A DNA stretch of 63,992 nucleotides, counting the filler, from an uncultured Myxococcia bacterium (GTDB lineage Bacteria; CAZTWC01): assembly GCA_964617105.1 (NCBI GenBank). It is 5 parts of 5 records of this genome, joined end to end, with 100 filler letters (N's around TTAATTAATTAA, not from the genome) between each part and the next. Parts side by side here need not be neighbours in the genome. Positions count along the whole stretch, not along the records: positions 56,752 to 63,992 come from CAZTWC010000189.1; 4 more parts are not named here. The stretch is one strand, 5' to 3'. Under the pieces are notes generated by a model, which ran no database searches, was not told the origin of the DNA, and was given only the letters and a program-made list of their open reading frames with translations. Shown one piece after another: positions 62,862-63,992 of this stretch. The first letter of the stretch is position 1. The number at the start of each line of letters is the position of its first letter. The position numbers and the translations under genes were made by a program.

Positions 62862-63992
62862 TGAAAAAAAACAAAACCAAATATATTTTCATAACCGGAG
62901 GGGTGCTATCATCTCTGGGTAAGGGTATTGCCGCCGCTTCCATTGGGGCTTTGATGGAAAACCGGGGGTTGAAGATATCTTTGCTCAAGATGGATCCCTA
63001 TATAAATGTTGATCCGGGAACCATGAATCCCTTCCAACATGGAGAGGTTTTTGTCACTGACGATGGGGTGGAAACCGATTTGGACCTGGGGCATTATGAG
63101 CGTTTTACCTCATGCCGGCTAGGGACTAAGAATAATTTTACCACTGGTCAGGTTTATCTTTCGGTGATCAACCAGGAGAGAGAGGGGGAATTACTAGGAC
63201 AAACCATCCAGGTGATCCCCCACATAACTAACGAGATCAAAGAAAATATTCGTCAGGCTGCCGATGGTGTAGATATTCTAATTGGTGAAGTCGGCGGTAC
63301 GGTAGGCGATATTGAAGGGATGCCTTTTTTTGAGGCTATCCGTCAATTTAAAGTTGAAGAGGGACCTGAAAATGTGATTTTTATCCATCTTTCTTTGATC
63401 CCCTATCTGCCTACCTCAGGTGAACTTAAAACCAAACCCACCCAACATTCGGTAAAAAATCTGCGGGAGATTGGTATTCAGCCCGATATTCTTCTCTGCC
63501 GGGCGGATCGCGATCTAAGCCATGAGATCAAGGAAAAGCTGGCTTTGTTTTGCAATCTGCAGCCTTCTGCCATAATTACCGCTAGAGATGTGAAGTATAT
63601 TTACGAAATTCCTCTGTTGTATCAGCGGGAAGGGTTGGATGATAAGATATGCGAAAAGCTAAATATTTGGTCCAGGGCGGCCGATTTAATAAAATGGCAC
63701 CAGTTATTTGAAAAACTGAGCTGTCCCAAATTTGAAGTGGACATTGGCATAATCGGAAAATATGTCCAGTTGACCGAATCCTACAAAAGCCTGAACGAGG
63801 CGCTTCTTCACGGTGGAATTGCCAACAATGCCAAGGTCAATCTTCACTTTATCGATTCTACTCAAATCGAGGAGAAGGGGTCCGAGGTGATGCTGAAAAA
63901 CCTGGATGGAATTTTGGTTCCAGGAGGCTTTGGTTCCCGCGGCATCGAAGGGAAAATATTAGCGGTTCAATTTGCCAGGGAAAATAAGGTGC
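62861..63992 (+). CDS. pyrG: CTP synthase (runs off the window; absent from the ORF track)
   Basis: Translated by hand: [63 protein letters not shown] overlap with etfA. Confidence 0.97.
   Translation, partial: MKKNKTKYIFITGGVLSSLGKGIAAASIGALMENRGLKISLLKMDPYINVDPGTMNPFQHGEVFVTDDGVETDLDLGHYERFTSCRLGTKNNFTTGQVYLSVINQEREGELLGQTIQVIPHITNEIKENIRQAADGVDILIGEVGGTVGDIEGMPFFEAIRQFKVEEGPENVIFIHLSLIPYLPTSGELKTKPTQHSVKNLREIGIQPDILLCRADRDLSHEIKEKLALFCNLQPSAIITARDVKYIYEIPLLYQREGLDDKICEKLNIWSRAADLIKWHQLFEKLSCPKFEVDIGIIGKYVQLTESYKSLNEALLHGGIANNAKVNLHFIDSTQIEEKGSEVMLKNLDGILVPGGFGSRGIEGKILAVQFARENKV

Overview
The window is five ~14 kb contigs of a low-GC (roughly 40-45% by eye) bacterial draft or metagenome bin, joined by artificial N44-TTAATTAATTAA-N44 linkers (14385-14484, 28679-28778, 42750-42849, 56652-56751), plus one 10-N gap (48259-48268). 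Adjacency across linkers is meaningless. Gene order (nusA-ylxR-infB-DUF503-rbfA-DHH-truB-rpsO-pnp-dut, rpsB-tsf-pyrH-frr), the 5' part of the 16S and gltG/gltH-like genes suggest a deltaproteobacterial, Myxococcota-like organism. Most content is housekeeping. The most notable items are: (1) a dispersed ~125-nt palindromic element in three copies with invariant internal spacing but divergent, still-paired arms, each at a stop codon in the same orientation, one with a nested insertion; (2) a 1.08-kb integrase-less islet at tRNA-Arg(CCU) carrying only a UPF0175/DUF3368 pair; (3) a >2600-aa surface protein whose Ig/FN3-like repeats carry other domains inserted inside them, including a ShK-like six-Cys motif; (4) a gltG-gltH-like pair followed by GH3 and HAD genes; (5) a FimT-like pilin with one in-frame TAG; (6) a His-less pseudokinase; (7) a Bacillus-type FadR box before tetR-etfBA; (8) a probably chimeric 16S. 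Family assignments come from motif recognition, not database searches.
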